Source: Candidatus Hydrothermarchaeales archaeon
GTDB taxonomy: Archaea; Hydrothermarchaeota; Hydrothermarchaeia; Hydrothermarchaeales; JAZGAD01
DNA length: 64,000 nt
Direction: 5' to 3'
NCBI GenBank assembly: GCA_036444275.1
Contig: JAZGAD010000033.1
Span: 1-64,000, forward strand
This document shows positions 1 through 9,437 of the stretch, piece after piece (position 1 is the stretch's first letter; every line of letters starts with the position of its first letter). The position numbers were made by a program, and so were the translations under genes. The notes under the pieces are model-generated. The model did not search any database and was not told the DNA's origin. It saw only the letters and a program-made list of their open reading frames with translations.

Positions 1-309
1 CACATCCCTCCCTCCCTTTGCCCGGAGGCTCACGCTATCCATGAATCGGATTTTCCCCTCTCCCTCTAGGGCCTTAAAATCCCATCCAAAGGGCGCCATG
101 TTTCTGATTATCTTTTCGGGCGGCTCATCCAGTGTTACGTATACCCCAGGTGCGCCGTAATCCTTGGCACCAGAGTATAGAAATTGTGCAGAGAAGATTG
201 ATTTCCCGCTTCCTGGACCGCCCACCACCAAAATTTGGTTGCCCCTGGGACAGCCGCCACCCGCAAACAGATTATCCAAATCCGCGATACCGGTCTTCAC
301 GAAGTCCAT
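1..309 (-). CDS. RAD55/KaiC-family RecA-like ATPase, N-terminal part (runs off window edge)
   Basis: Manual translation MDFVKTGIADLDNLFAGGGCPRGNQILVVGGPGSGKS...YVTLDE; Walker A and KaiC-type N-terminus; not in ORF track. Confidence 0.85.
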   Translation of the reverse strand, partial: MDFVKTGIADLDNLFAGGGCPRGNQILVVGGPGSGKSIFSAQFLYSGAKDYGAPGVYVTLDEPPEKIIRNMAPFGWDFKALEGEGKIRFMDSVSLRAKGGRDV

Positions 310-422
310 AAGTTACAGTCTCTTTATGGATATAGTTAAAATTTACCTTGACTTCATCGAATAAAAATCTTATGCGAAACTAGCCTACATCCAGTCTTTT
401 AAAATTTACAAAAATCAAGAGT

Positions 423-2141
423 CTACACATTCACCTGCTTCTGCATCCCATACATCTCTACGAGTTCACTGACAGTGTTTGAGTCTTCTGCTGCTTTATC
501 ATCCCTTATGAAGCCCTGGGCACGAGGAAAGCGCAGCGCATAGCCCGACTCGGTATCTGTCTTCCCTGCAGTATGCATGGGCGAGCGCGTTATCTCATCG
601 GCAGTTACGGTTATCACATATCTCGGCTCTACCCAGACATCAGGCTCCAAGAGAGAGTCCACCCTAGCAGGCTTATGCTCAATTGCTATCTCGTCTAGCG
701 TCTCCCTCAGACTGACCCATCCCTCTTCAGTGAAACCCGAGCCCACCTTTGATACGGTCTTGAATGCATCTTCCTCGGGCTCATACACAGCTCCTAGAAC
801 GGCGCCTATGCCGAACTTGGCACGCAGCCCACGCCCCATGAAGTAGCCCACGATGCAGACATCTATGGTATCAGAGAGTTCACCCCTGTAGCTCCTCTTC
901 AACTTTATCCAGTCGAAATTCCTCGCACCAGCAGAATAAGGAGCGTCCAAACGCTTGGCAATGATCCCCTCTAGGCCCTTCTCCAGCTCTTCCTCGAAGT
1001 ACTCCCGCACTTTCTTGTAGTCATCGGTTATGATGAAGTCAGAGAGCACTATCACTTCGTCAGAGATGATGTCATCCAGCTTCTTCCTACGTTCGATATA
1101 GGGCTTCTCGGTGTAGTCCATGCCATCCAGGTATAATAGGTCGAATGCAAAGAGCTTGAGCGGGTGCTCCTTAGCCGCCTCTTCTATGCCGTGCTTCCTC
1201 TTCCTCTGAACCGTCACCTGGAAAGGTAATAGCTCGCCTGTGACCTCATTATAGGCTAATGCCTCTCCCTCGAAAATAGCACTCCTAGCCTTGATGTTCT
1301 TCGCAGCCTCCACGATTTCTGGGAACATATGTGTCATCCTCTCCAAGTTGCGGGAGAATATCTCAATCTCGCTGTCGTTCTTATGAACCTGACACCGTAG
1401 GCCATCGTATTTTCCTTCGATAGCGCACTTGCCTATCTTCTTGATTATCTCCTCAGAGGATGGCAGCCTCTCACATAGGGCCATTCTGATGGGATAACCC
1501 ACTGTTACATGGATTGCACGTATCCCTTCTTGCCCTTCCTCAAAGAGTGTCTTGGCTACATAACCTAGGTCAGAGCAGAGATTGTAAGCCCTCTCCAGCT
1601 CTTCCCTAAAACCTCTATCAACCTTTGCTATGCACAACCCCTCTAGTACCGTAGGGTCACCGACCCCCAGACGCAGCCTGCCAATGACAAAACGTGCTAT
1701 ATACTTCCCCTCCTGCGGAGAGACGCTTGAGAGCAAGTCACCCAAGAGATTAATCTTCCTCTCCACACTGCCCTCGCCGCTCGTCCTCGCCACTTCCATG
1801 ACTGCGGTGTATACTTCTACTACACCCCGCCCCTCGCCTTCACTATGGCTGAGGTTCTCAGCTGTCTTACCCATGTCGCCACTGGCCTTGTAGTCAAACC
1901 ACACATCGGTTACACCTACCCCCGAGGAGTTGGATATAGCGCGTGCGAGGAGCTTCTCGCTCATCCCTATCTCGAGCCCCTTAAACGCTGGAAGGAGCCT
2001 GCCCTGGATAAGGTATATTATCTCTTTTATCTCCTCTGCTTTCGCTTGCTCGAAGATCTCAGCGAGGATGTCAAACATCTCCAGGCGCTTCGTCGTAGCA
2101 TCGAGCCTCTCAAAGCCTTCTACCAGCTCCAGGAATCTCAT
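423..2141 (-). CDS. lig: ATP-dependent DNA ligase
   Basis: KxDG motif EGKYDGLR, EGIIAK, WIKLK, LRFPR; N-terminal DNA-binding domain. Confidence 0.95.
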   Translation of the reverse strand: MRFLELVEGFERLDATTKRLEMFDILAEIFEQAKAEEIKEIIYLIQGRLLPAFKGLEIGMSEKLLARAISNSSGVGVTDVWFDYKASGDMGKTAENLSHSEGEGRGVVEVYTAVMEVARTSGEGSVERKINLLGDLLSSVSPQEGKYIARFVIGRLRLGVGDPTVLEGLCIAKVDRGFREELERAYNLCSDLGYVAKTLFEEGQEGIRAIHVTVGYPIRMALCERLPSSEEIIKKIGKCAIEGKYDGLRCQVHKNDSEIEIFSRNLERMTHMFPEIVEAAKNIKARSAIFEGEALAYNEVTGELLPFQVTVQRKRKHGIEEAAKEHPLKLFAFDLLYLDGMDYTEKPYIERRKKLDDIISDEVIVLSDFIITDDYKKVREYFEEELEKGLEGIIAKRLDAPYSAGARNFDWIKLKRSYRGELSDTIDVCIVGYFMGRGLRAKFGIGAVLGAVYEPEEDAFKTVSKVGSGFTEEGWVSLRETLDEIAIEHKPARVDSLLEPDVWVEPRYVITVTADEITRSPMHTAGKTDTESGYALRFPRAQGFIRDDKAAEDSNTVSELVEMYGMQKQVNV

Positions 2142-2198
2142 GCTCCCTATATTATCTTTGGCAATACTTATCTTTGTCGGATGCGAGAAAGAATGAGG

Positions 2199-3908
2199 AT
2201 GAAAAATCAGGAAGTAGCTAAACTATTATACGACATTGCCAACTTGTTAGAGCTGAAGGGGGTGAACGTCTACCGTATTGTTGCCTACCGCGAAGCAGCC
2301 AGAAACGTAGAGCATCTCCCCGAACCCATTGAAGACCTTGACGCAGAGGGCAAGCTCATGGAAATACCAAGAGTGGGCGAAGCAATAGCTAAGAAGATTC
2401 ACGAGTTCCTTACCACGGGCACGTTAGGGTATAGGGACGAGCTCAGGAAGGAATTTCCCCCAGGGTTAATGGAGGTGCAGGAGGTCCCCAACATCGGCCC
2501 AAAGTTGACTAAGCTCCTATACGAAGAGTTAGGAATAGCCTCGGTAGAGGACCTAAAGAAGGCTGCAAAGGAGCACAGAATAAGGCATCTGCCCAGGATG
2601 GGAGCAAGGGCAGAGGAGAAGATTCTGAAGGGAATAAACATGCTCAAGGAGCGGAGCGGCCGCTTATTATTGGGTGTTGCCCTGCCAGCTGCTGAGGAAG
2701 TTATGGAATACCTAAAGGGAAAGGGTGTAGAGCATATTAGCCCGGCCGGCAGCATACGAAGGGGAAAGGAGACCATTGGAGACATTGACATACTCATTGC
2801 CTCAAAGACACCAAGAGAAGTAATGCAAGACTTTACCACGCTTCCCATAGTCAAGGAGGTATTATTGACTGGTGAAACCAAGAGTAGCATCCTAACCAAA
2901 GGTAATCTGCAGATCGACCTCCGTGTCGTGCCACCTGAAAGCTGGGGAGCTGCCCTGCAATACTTCACAGGCAGCAAAGCCCACAATATAAGGCTAAGGG
3001 AGAAGGCATTGAAGAAAGGTTGGAAGATAAACGAGTACGGCATATTCGAGGGTGACAAAAAGATCGGTGGCGAGCAAGAGGATGACATCTACGAGTTGCT
3101 GGGCCTGCAATACATTCCACCCGAGATGAGAGAAGATACAGGAGAAATCAAAGCTGCAGAGAAAGGAGAGCTACCCGAGCTATTATCCCTCAGGGACATA
3201 AAGGGGGACATACATGCGCATACCACTTGGAGTGACGGCAACGCCAGCATAGAGGATATGGCCAAGGCAGCTAGAGCAATGGACTATGAGTACCTTGCTG
3301 TCTGCGACCATGCGAAGTCATTGGGTATAGCGGGAGGTCTTACCGAAGAGCAATTATCAGAGCAAAGGAACGAAATAATGAGGGTACGCGAGGAGCTCGA
3401 TTTCCATCTCCTAACGGGCGTGGAGGTCAATATTATGAGCGACAGAAGCCTAGATCTAGAGGACAGCACTCTCAAGGACTTGGATATAGTCGTCGCTGGT
3501 ATTCACACTGGATTCAATCAGAGCAGTGAAAAGATCACCTCTAGAATAGTCTCGGCAATGGAGAATAAGCACGTGGACATCATTAGCCATCCCACCGGGA
3601 GGCTGATTGAGAGGAGGCCACCCTACGAGGTGGACGTGGACAAGATCCTAGAGGTAGCCAAGGAAACGAAGACATCTCTGGAAATAAACGCTGCCCCAGA
3701 TAGATTGGACTTGAAGGACATGGACGCTAGGAAGGCAAAGAACAAAGATGTGAGGATAGCGATAAGTACTGACGCCCATTCTACTGATACGCTGGACTAC
3801 ATGAAATTCGGAGTAAGTACAGCTAGGCGAGGATGGCTTGAAGCGAGGGATGTACTGAATACCCGCTCCTTTGAGGGATTGAAGAAATGGCTTTCAAGTA
3901 GGAAGTAA
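2199..3908 (+). CDS. polX: DNA polymerase X with C-terminal PHP domain
   Basis: MKNQEVA start; GSIRRGKETIGDIDIL, YFTGSKAHN, PHP motifs HAHTTWSDG and STDAH; start moved from 1845 to 2199 to avoid overlapping lig. Confidence 0.92.
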   Translation: MKNQEVAKLLYDIANLLELKGVNVYRIVAYREAARNVEHLPEPIEDLDAEGKLMEIPRVGEAIAKKIHEFLTTGTLGYRDELRKEFPPGLMEVQEVPNIGPKLTKLLYEELGIASVEDLKKAAKEHRIRHLPRMGARAEEKILKGINMLKERSGRLLLGVALPAAEEVMEYLKGKGVEHISPAGSIRRGKETIGDIDILIASKTPREVMQDFTTLPIVKEVLLTGETKSSILTKGNLQIDLRVVPPESWGAALQYFTGSKAHNIRLREKALKKGWKINEYGIFEGDKKIGGEQEDDIYELLGLQYIPPEMREDTGEIKAAEKGELPELLSLRDIKGDIHAHTTWSDGNASIEDMAKAARAMDYEYLAVCDHAKSLGIAGGLTEEQLSEQRNEIMRVREELDFHLLTGVEVNIMSDRSLDLEDSTLKDLDIVVAGIHTGFNQSSEKITSRIVSAMENKHVDIISHPTGRLIERRPPYEVDVDKILEVAKETKTSLEINAAPDRLDLKDMDARKAKNKDVRIAISTDAHSTDTLDYMKFGVSTARRGWLEARDVLNTRSFEGLKKWLSSRK

Positions 3909-3919
3909 GGTGGATTTTT

Positions 3920-4132
3920 TCATATAATAAGTGCCGCTTTTTTGAACTCTTCTAGCCCGTGAACCCTCCCCTCTTCCTTATCCTTTAGCCCTTCATCTAT
4001 CTTTACAACAAGCTCTCTGTTAGCGAGTATCTCAACCTCTTCCTTGAGGTTTTCCAGCTCCTCTTCTATCCTCTCTATTGCACCGACAATTTCTATCAAA
4101 TCAGACTTTCGGATGGTAAGGGTTTTGGACAT
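3920..4132 (-). CDS. Small antitoxin-like protein (RelB/Phd-like C-terminus), orphan
   Basis: 70 aa acidic coiled protein with EILANRELV..I.EGLKD..EGRV, typical of archaeal antitoxins. Confidence 0.55.
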   Translation of the reverse strand: MSKTLTIRKSDLIEIVGAIERIEEELENLKEEVEILANRELVVKIDEGLKDKEEGRVHGLEEFKKAALII

Positions 4133-4217
4133 AACAGATTACTCTGGAAGTTATAATAAAAGTCTTTTCAAGAAGAAATTGTGCCATCAAAATAGTTGGC
4201 GCACCCCCCATACACCC

Positions 4218-4967
4218 TTATCTCTTCTCTGTGGTGAATTTAATGATTCCAACTATAAGTAGTCCCAGTATCCATGTCAAAAGCTTTATTATTTGGGCAA
4301 AAACATCCTGGAGGGTTTTTCCCTCAAGCATAACCTTCCTCAAGCTTTCATTAGCCAATGTTATAGGTGAATTAGTCGCAATTTGTCCCAATAGCGAGGG
4401 CATATCTATGACAGGAATCAAGTCACCACTCAGAACCAAAAGAATGAGAACTACAAATGGAACCAGCTGCACCGCCTGCTCCTTTGTTTTTGTGAACACC
4501 GAGAATAACAGACCCAGTAGTAAACCAACCAAAGAGAGCATGAAGAGCAACAAGAGAAATACGTATAGGCTTCCTTTCATCGTCATGTTATAATATTCCC
4601 CAACACCGAGAAATAGAACGCATTGAATTAATGAGATCACTACGCCTGCAAGAAATTTACCCAGAAACATACCTGACTTAGATATCGCCAACAAATCCCT
4701 ATCTAGTGTACCATAGGGTGCTCTTTCCCCCACGATCCGTAGGACCATCAACTGCGTTGAGATGAATATCATGGACGTCGAGAAGATGAGGGATGCATAA
4801 AAGTCGAAATATGTATATCCATAGCAAAAAGAACAATCTGCCGCTCCTGCTTCTGCCAATACAACTCCGATCATTATAGGAATAAGGAGGTGGGAAAAGA
4901 AGCGGGTGTTACTCTCAAGGATATGCCTCATCTCAAGGCGAAAAGCCTTCCCAAGTCCCTGCATCAC
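4218..4967 (-). CDS. ABC-2 type permease
   Basis: About 6 TM segments; ER..GTLDR and LSG.LIP motifs; ATGA overlap with upstream ATPase fusion. Confidence 0.85.
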   Translation of the reverse strand: MMQGLGKAFRLEMRHILESNTRFFSHLLIPIMIGVVLAEAGAADCSFCYGYTYFDFYASLIFSTSMIFISTQLMVLRIVGERAPYGTLDRDLLAISKSGMFLGKFLAGVVISLIQCVLFLGVGEYYNMTMKGSLYVFLLLLFMLSLVGLLLGLLFSVFTKTKEQAVQLVPFVVLILLVLSGDLIPVIDMPSLLGQIATNSPITLANESLRKVMLEGKTLQDVFAQIIKLLTWILGLLIVGIIKFTTEKR

Positions 4968-7405
4968 TCCACATCCTCAGGGTATACACCAGTATAATAG
5001 ACGAATACTTCTTTCATCCCGGCCTTAGCGATCTTAGCCTCTTCAATTACACCGCCAAATTCCTCGATTTTTTGGGAGATCTCTATTGGCTTAGGGGAGT
5101 CCATGATAAACTTTAACACCCTGCCCTCCCTGATAACCTTCCTAACGCCTTCCAGACTAGAAATTTTAGAAACCAGATCTTCACTGACCTCCTCCAAGAT
5201 GATATGCACGACCTTGCCTCTCCCGGGCATCTTTCTCGCGAGTTCAGAAGGAGAGCCCTTCGCTAGGATCTGGGCATTGCCCACGATTATTACCTCGTCG
5301 CAGTGCTCTGCCTCGTCCATAAAATGAGTTGTAAAAACGACTGTCTTTTTCTCAGAAGACACGACTTTGCTCAACGCTGTCAAAATCTGATCTCTACTTG
5401 TCGGGTCTAGTCCGGTTGTGGGCTCGTCTAAAACTAAGATTGGCGGTTCTCTGATGAGTTCCATTCCTAGGGATAGGCGCTTCAACTGGCCTCCAGAAAG
5501 GTTTTTTGCAATAACATCTTTTCTTCCAGAAATGCCAAGTTGTTTGAGGATCTTCTCGGATTTTGCTTCAGCATCTTTCACATTCCATTTTAAGGCGCTG
5601 TTCATCATGTTCTGCCAAACTGTTTGATCGAGGTAGAGTTCTGGGTGCTGGGGCACGAAGCCGATGAGTTGGTTGATCTTCATTCGGTCTTTCTTGGTGT
5701 CTATACCTAGTATTTTGATTTCTCCTTTGTCCGGTGGCGTTCTACCGGCAACCCCTTCGATAAGTGTAGATTTTCCACCTCCTGAAGAGCCGACGATTCC
5801 GCAGAGCGTTCCCTGGTCTATTTCAAAACCGATATTTTCCAAAATCACAGACTTTTTGTAGCTCTTCGATAATCCAGCTACGGAAATAGCCTTTGCTGTA
5901 GTCGTAATAGGCTCTTCCTTTGTTTCCATTACTCTTGTTTCACGGCCTTTCACCCTTCTTCCCTTTGGCCTAGATGGAATCGATCTGAGTTTTAAGAAAA
6001 GACCCATTGCAACTATGCCTAAAAACACTATAACCCCAAGGGACGAGTACACCTTCATCCTAGCTTCGCTTAGCAATTTATCAGCATTCAAAATATGTTC
6101 TTTAGCAACTGCTAGATTCCCAGAGTTAAATGCGCTGTCCACTGCTAGGATTTCATTCCTAGCAAGAATTAATCTTTGTTCAGCAGTCCCTCCAATCATC
6201 AAGCTTTTCCCGAAGTTTACAGTGGACTCCGTACTTGCCACATTATCGCTTAGCTTCTTTTTTATCGCAGAGTAAAGCAGGGGCTTCGCCTCGTCGAGCA
6301 TCGTCATTCCAGAAGCTCCCTTGGTATAGGCGTCGTTTCCATAGTTCATCGCAGACAGATAATCCCCTTCCCCGGATTTTTGCAGTGCCAGAGTGTAGCT
6401 ATTGTTGGCTTCTTTCAAAATGAGTGTCGCACTCAAAATCTTTTCCTCGGCAGCAGAGACATCTGCACCGATCTTCTTTCCTGTACTAATGAGTCCGGTT
6501 AGATCAATCACTAATTTTTCAGTAGAACTGATTCGATCTCTAACTGTAGTCTGGATGTCTTCTGGAGAAGTGATTGCCTTTTCCTCAGCTTTAGGTGGAG
6601 GCGTAGTAGGCGGTGGAGTGGTGGGTGGTGGTGTAGTAGTTGGGGGAACAGTTGTAGGAACTACGTCTGGACACCCATCAGTATCCAGATAGTCGTTGAA
6701 AGTTTCAGGCTCGTTGGGGCATGCATCGTTATCATCAACGATACCATCGCCATCGGAATCTTGAGGAGGCTTGACATCTGGACACCCATCAGCGTCTTGA
6801 TATCCATTGAAGTTTTCCGATTGTGTAGGGCACTGGTCAACATTATCCATTATGCCGTCGCCATCGGTGTCTTTCTGGCTAGCCGCGCATCCATTCGCAT
6901 CCACCACGGCTCCAGATGGTGTATTGGAGCAGGTATCTCGCGAGTCGGGGACGCCATCATCATCCGAATCAGGCTCTGTTACAGTTATAGTGCTATCGAA
7001 ATAATTTGTAAATACAACGTATCCTGGCTCCATCACCGGATGTCCACTCACAACAACACGAATCTTATAGGTGCCTGGAGATGCCAAATTTGTAAACAGT
7101 ACGTCAAATTTAATAGTCTTGGATTGACTAGGAGTTAAGGGTCCTACACCGATCCTACCGGGATGAATTTCCCTCCACTTTGTTATTCCCTCATAATTAT
7201 AACTTGTACCTTCAAATAAGCCTAGCAACGCATCAAAATCTAACGTCTCAGTACCGGTATTTGTAATAGTCACGACTACGGTGCCAAATCCACCCGGGGG
7301 AGCAGAGGTAGTAGAAATTGACGCATCAACATCATAATCAGCTGCTAAAACGATAGATGGAGAGACCAGAATTGTCAATAAAATAACAAATAGAATTTTG
7401 TGCAT
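4964..7405 (-). CDS. Fusion: signal peptide, Ig-like domain, TSP3 repeats, P/T linker, helical stalk, TM helix, ABC ATPase
   Basis: DxDxDG/DxCP repeats, TTPPP repeats, TM LGVIVFLGIVAMGLFL, Walker A GSSGGGKS, LSGGQ, LVLDEP, TTH. Confidence 0.85.
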   Translation of the reverse strand: MHKILFVILLTILVSPSIVLAADYDVDASISTTSAPPGGFGTVVVTITNTGTETLDFDALLGLFEGTSYNYEGITKWREIHPGRIGVGPLTPSQSKTIKFDVLFTNLASPGTYKIRVVVSGHPVMEPGYVVFTNYFDSTITVTEPDSDDDGVPDSRDTCSNTPSGAVVDANGCAASQKDTDGDGIMDNVDQCPTQSENFNGYQDADGCPDVKPPQDSDGDGIVDDNDACPNEPETFNDYLDTDGCPDVVPTTVPPTTTPPPTTPPPTTPPPKAEEKAITSPEDIQTTVRDRISSTEKLVIDLTGLISTGKKIGADVSAAEEKILSATLILKEANNSYTLALQKSGEGDYLSAMNYGNDAYTKGASGMTMLDEAKPLLYSAIKKKLSDNVASTESTVNFGKSLMIGGTAEQRLILARNEILAVDSAFNSGNLAVAKEHILNADKLLSEARMKVYSSLGVIVFLGIVAMGLFLKLRSIPSRPKGRRVKGRETRVMETKEEPITTTAKAISVAGLSKSYKKSVILENIGFEIDQGTLCGIVGSSGGGKSTLIEGVAGRTPPDKGEIKILGIDTKKDRMKINQLIGFVPQHPELYLDQTVWQNMMNSALKWNVKDAEAKSEKILKQLGISGRKDVIAKNLSGGQLKRLSLGMELIREPPILVLDEPTTGLDPTSRDQILTALSKVVSSEKKTVVFTTHFMDEAEHCDEVIIVGNAQILAKGSPSELARKMPGRGKVVHIILEEVSEDLVSKISSLEGVRKVIREGRVLKFIMDSPKPIEISQKIEEFGGVIEEAKIAKAGMKEVFVYYTGVYPEDVE

Positions 7406-7515
7406 CTAATTCCCTCTTACCTACCTTTCTGTGAACTCTTATATACATTATTTATTTATCTACTACTTACTGGGGTTTACCTTTATTATTTAAAAAAACG
7501 CAGAAGTGTTAAGGC

Positions 7516-7971
7516 TCAGCCACACTTACAAAGATTAATCGAACCAACGTAGAAGAGAACTACCCATCCAATAATCATCAAAAGCAAAATTGAATACATT
7601 ACATGGCTGGTTTTTATTGGAAAATCTGGTTTCTTTTTTATGATTTCAAAATTCATTTTGTGATTATTTTCCATCTCTTCCATTCTATTTTCTATCTCTT
7701 TAGCTTGCTTTATCCTAAGACCTATATACGACCATCCTCTACAAATCGCAAGTAGAAATCCGATTCCTATAACTAACCCAAAAGCAGATACTATAACGAG
7801 AATCTTCCCATTGAATTCACCCCTCAGTGTTAAGGCTGTTATAAGAATGGAATTGACTATGAGATAACTTCCAAATTTAGTCCAAATGAGTGTATTTTCA
7901 TTATTAAGAAGCTGAATAATCCCTTTCCACCTTTCAAACAATTTTTCTGTCTCATCATCCATTATTTCCAC
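7516..7971 (-). CDS. Hypothetical 3-TM membrane protein in AT-rich patch
   Basis: 151-aa ORF with hydrophobic segments; AT-rich codon usage. Confidence 0.6.
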   Translation of the reverse strand: MEIMDDETEKLFERWKGIIQLLNNENTLIWTKFGSYLIVNSILITALTLRGEFNGKILVIVSAFGLVIGIGFLLAICRGWSYIGLRIKQAKEIENRMEEMENNHKMNFEIIKKKPDFPIKTSHVMYSILLLMIIGWVVLFYVGSINLCKCG

Positions 7972-8070
7972 ACTGTGTTCTCCTTATAGTATGTTAAATT
8001 GATTTTCTCGCATAAAAATCTTAGTTTTCTAGGAAGTTATGTTATGCTGTCCTCCCAGTTGCTCTTTCAT

Positions 8071-8280
8071 CTATACAAGAAAGGATAGTTCTTTTTTATC
8101 TTCAAAATCCGCCTTTGTGTAAAACTCCCCGACTAAAGAAAGTTTCTCCTCCAAAAAAGCCTCTTGAATTTCCCTAATTAGAGTTTCAATTTCCTTTAGT
8201 GGATCATCAGAAGAAAAATCACCAACGAATTCGATCTTTATTTTAGGGTCTACTTTCCATTCCTTATTCTTTATTTTCAT
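8071..8280 (-). CDS. Small acidic hypothetical protein
   Basis: 69-aa ORF preceded by a GGGG-rich RBS-like sequence, in AT-rich patch. Confidence 0.45.
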   Translation of the reverse strand: MKIKNKEWKVDPKIKIEFVGDFSSDDPLKEIETLIREIQEAFLEEKLSLVGEFYTKADFEDKKELSFLV

Positions 8281-8510
8281 CCCTTTAACCCCCTATAGTT
8301 CCGTAATCTAAAAATAGTAGCCAATCCAAAATAAACTTTTTCAGCCGTGTCACCCCAGGTTGAGTACGAATATATTTGAGTATGTAATATAGATGAGTGA
8401 GTCAATATCATCAGGCTTTATCTCCTTTTACTGCGAAATAGCGTTGAAACCAAAATTTTATACTATCTCCCCGCTGAATAGCCTTGCAAGAAGCAGGTTT
8501 GAGTGATTTA

Positions 8511-9437
8511 ATGGACGCCATCGAAGTTAGGGAGCTTACAAAGAAGTACGGCGGCTTCACAGCCTTAGATGGAATCAGCCTATCCGTGGAGAAGGGGATA
8601 ATCTGTGGTCTCTTAGGGCCTAATGGGGCTGGAAAATCTACGTTGATACGGGTGCTCTCATGCCAGAGCCGGCCTAACGATGGAAGCGCTTACGTCTCTA
8701 ATTTGGATGTGGTACGTGACAAGGGCGAAGTCCTCTCAGTAATCGGGGTCGTGCCACAGGAGCATAGCTTCTACGGTGAGTTGAGCGTGATAGAGAACCT
8801 CCTCTACTTCGGATCCCTCTACGGGGTAGGTAAGGTCGATGCCAAGAAGAGGGGCAATGAGATACTCAAACTCTTGGGAATTCTGAAAAGAAGGGATAGC
8901 AGGGCCAACACATTATCAGGGGGTATGAAGACCCGGTTGAACATAGCCTGCGCTCTACTGCACAAGCCAGAGGTCTTGATCCTGGACGAGCCTAGCGTAG
9001 GGCTGGATCCAGTAGCTAGGATATCTCTGTGGAAGACCATTAGGAAGCTGAAGAAGGAAGGCGTCACCGTATTATTAACGACGCATTACATGGAAGAAGC
9101 TGAAGAGCTCTGCGACAGGATATTCATCCTCAACAAAGGAAAGGTCGTTACCCAGGGCACGCCGGATGAACTGAAAAAAAGCGTAGGGGAAGAGGTCATA
9201 AGAATCAAGAGCAGGCCCGGCAAGCTGGACAATGTAAAGACGAAGGTTAAAGAGTTAAAAGGCATAAGCTCCTGTCACGTTGCAAAAGGAACGCTCCAGA
9301 TAACTTCCAAACAGCGAAATCTAGAGGACCTCTTTAAAATATTCAGAGCCTGCAAGGAAACAGTAATCCACGTGAACATTACAGAGCCAAGCTTGGAAGA
9401 CGTATTCATCCATGCCACCGGGGAGGAATGGCAGTGA
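8511..9437 (+). CDS. ABC-2 type ATP-binding protein (DrrA/NodI-like)
   Basis: GPNGAGKS, LSGGM, ILDEP, TTHYMEEAE, EPSLEDVF. Confidence 0.92.
   Translation: MDAIEVRELTKKYGGFTALDGISLSVEKGIICGLLGPNGAGKSTLIRVLSCQSRPNDGSAYVSNLDVVRDKGEVLSVIGVVPQEHSFYGELSVIENLLYFGSLYGVGKVDAKKRGNEILKLLGILKRRDSRANTLSGGMKTRLNIACALLHKPEVLILDEPSVGLDPVARISLWKTIRKLKKEGVTVLLTTHYMEEAEELCDRIFILNKGKVVTQGTPDELKKSVGEEVIRIKSRPGKLDNVKTKVKELKGISSCHVAKGTLQITSKQRNLEDLFKIFRACKETVIHVNITEPSLEDVFIHATGEEWQ

Noticed and set aside
1845-2198. 118-aa N-terminal extension of PolX in the ORF track
   Set aside because: Overlaps lig on the opposite strand; PolX similarity begins at MKNQEVA (2199).
2399-3088. Long antisense ORFs (also 42034-42672, 43811-44443, 50560-51240, 56292-57377 and many shorter ones)
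   Set aside because: Ser/Pro-rich shadows of well-supported genes on the other strand, with no motifs.
6593-6660. GGT/GTA-rich tandem repeat
   Set aside because: Encodes the Pro/Thr linker of the ABC fusion; not an independent element.
8005-8050. attC-like inverted repeat (gcataa...ttatgc) between the two AT-rich ORFs
   Set aside because: Pairing is poor, the R/L boxes do not fit and no integron integrase is present.
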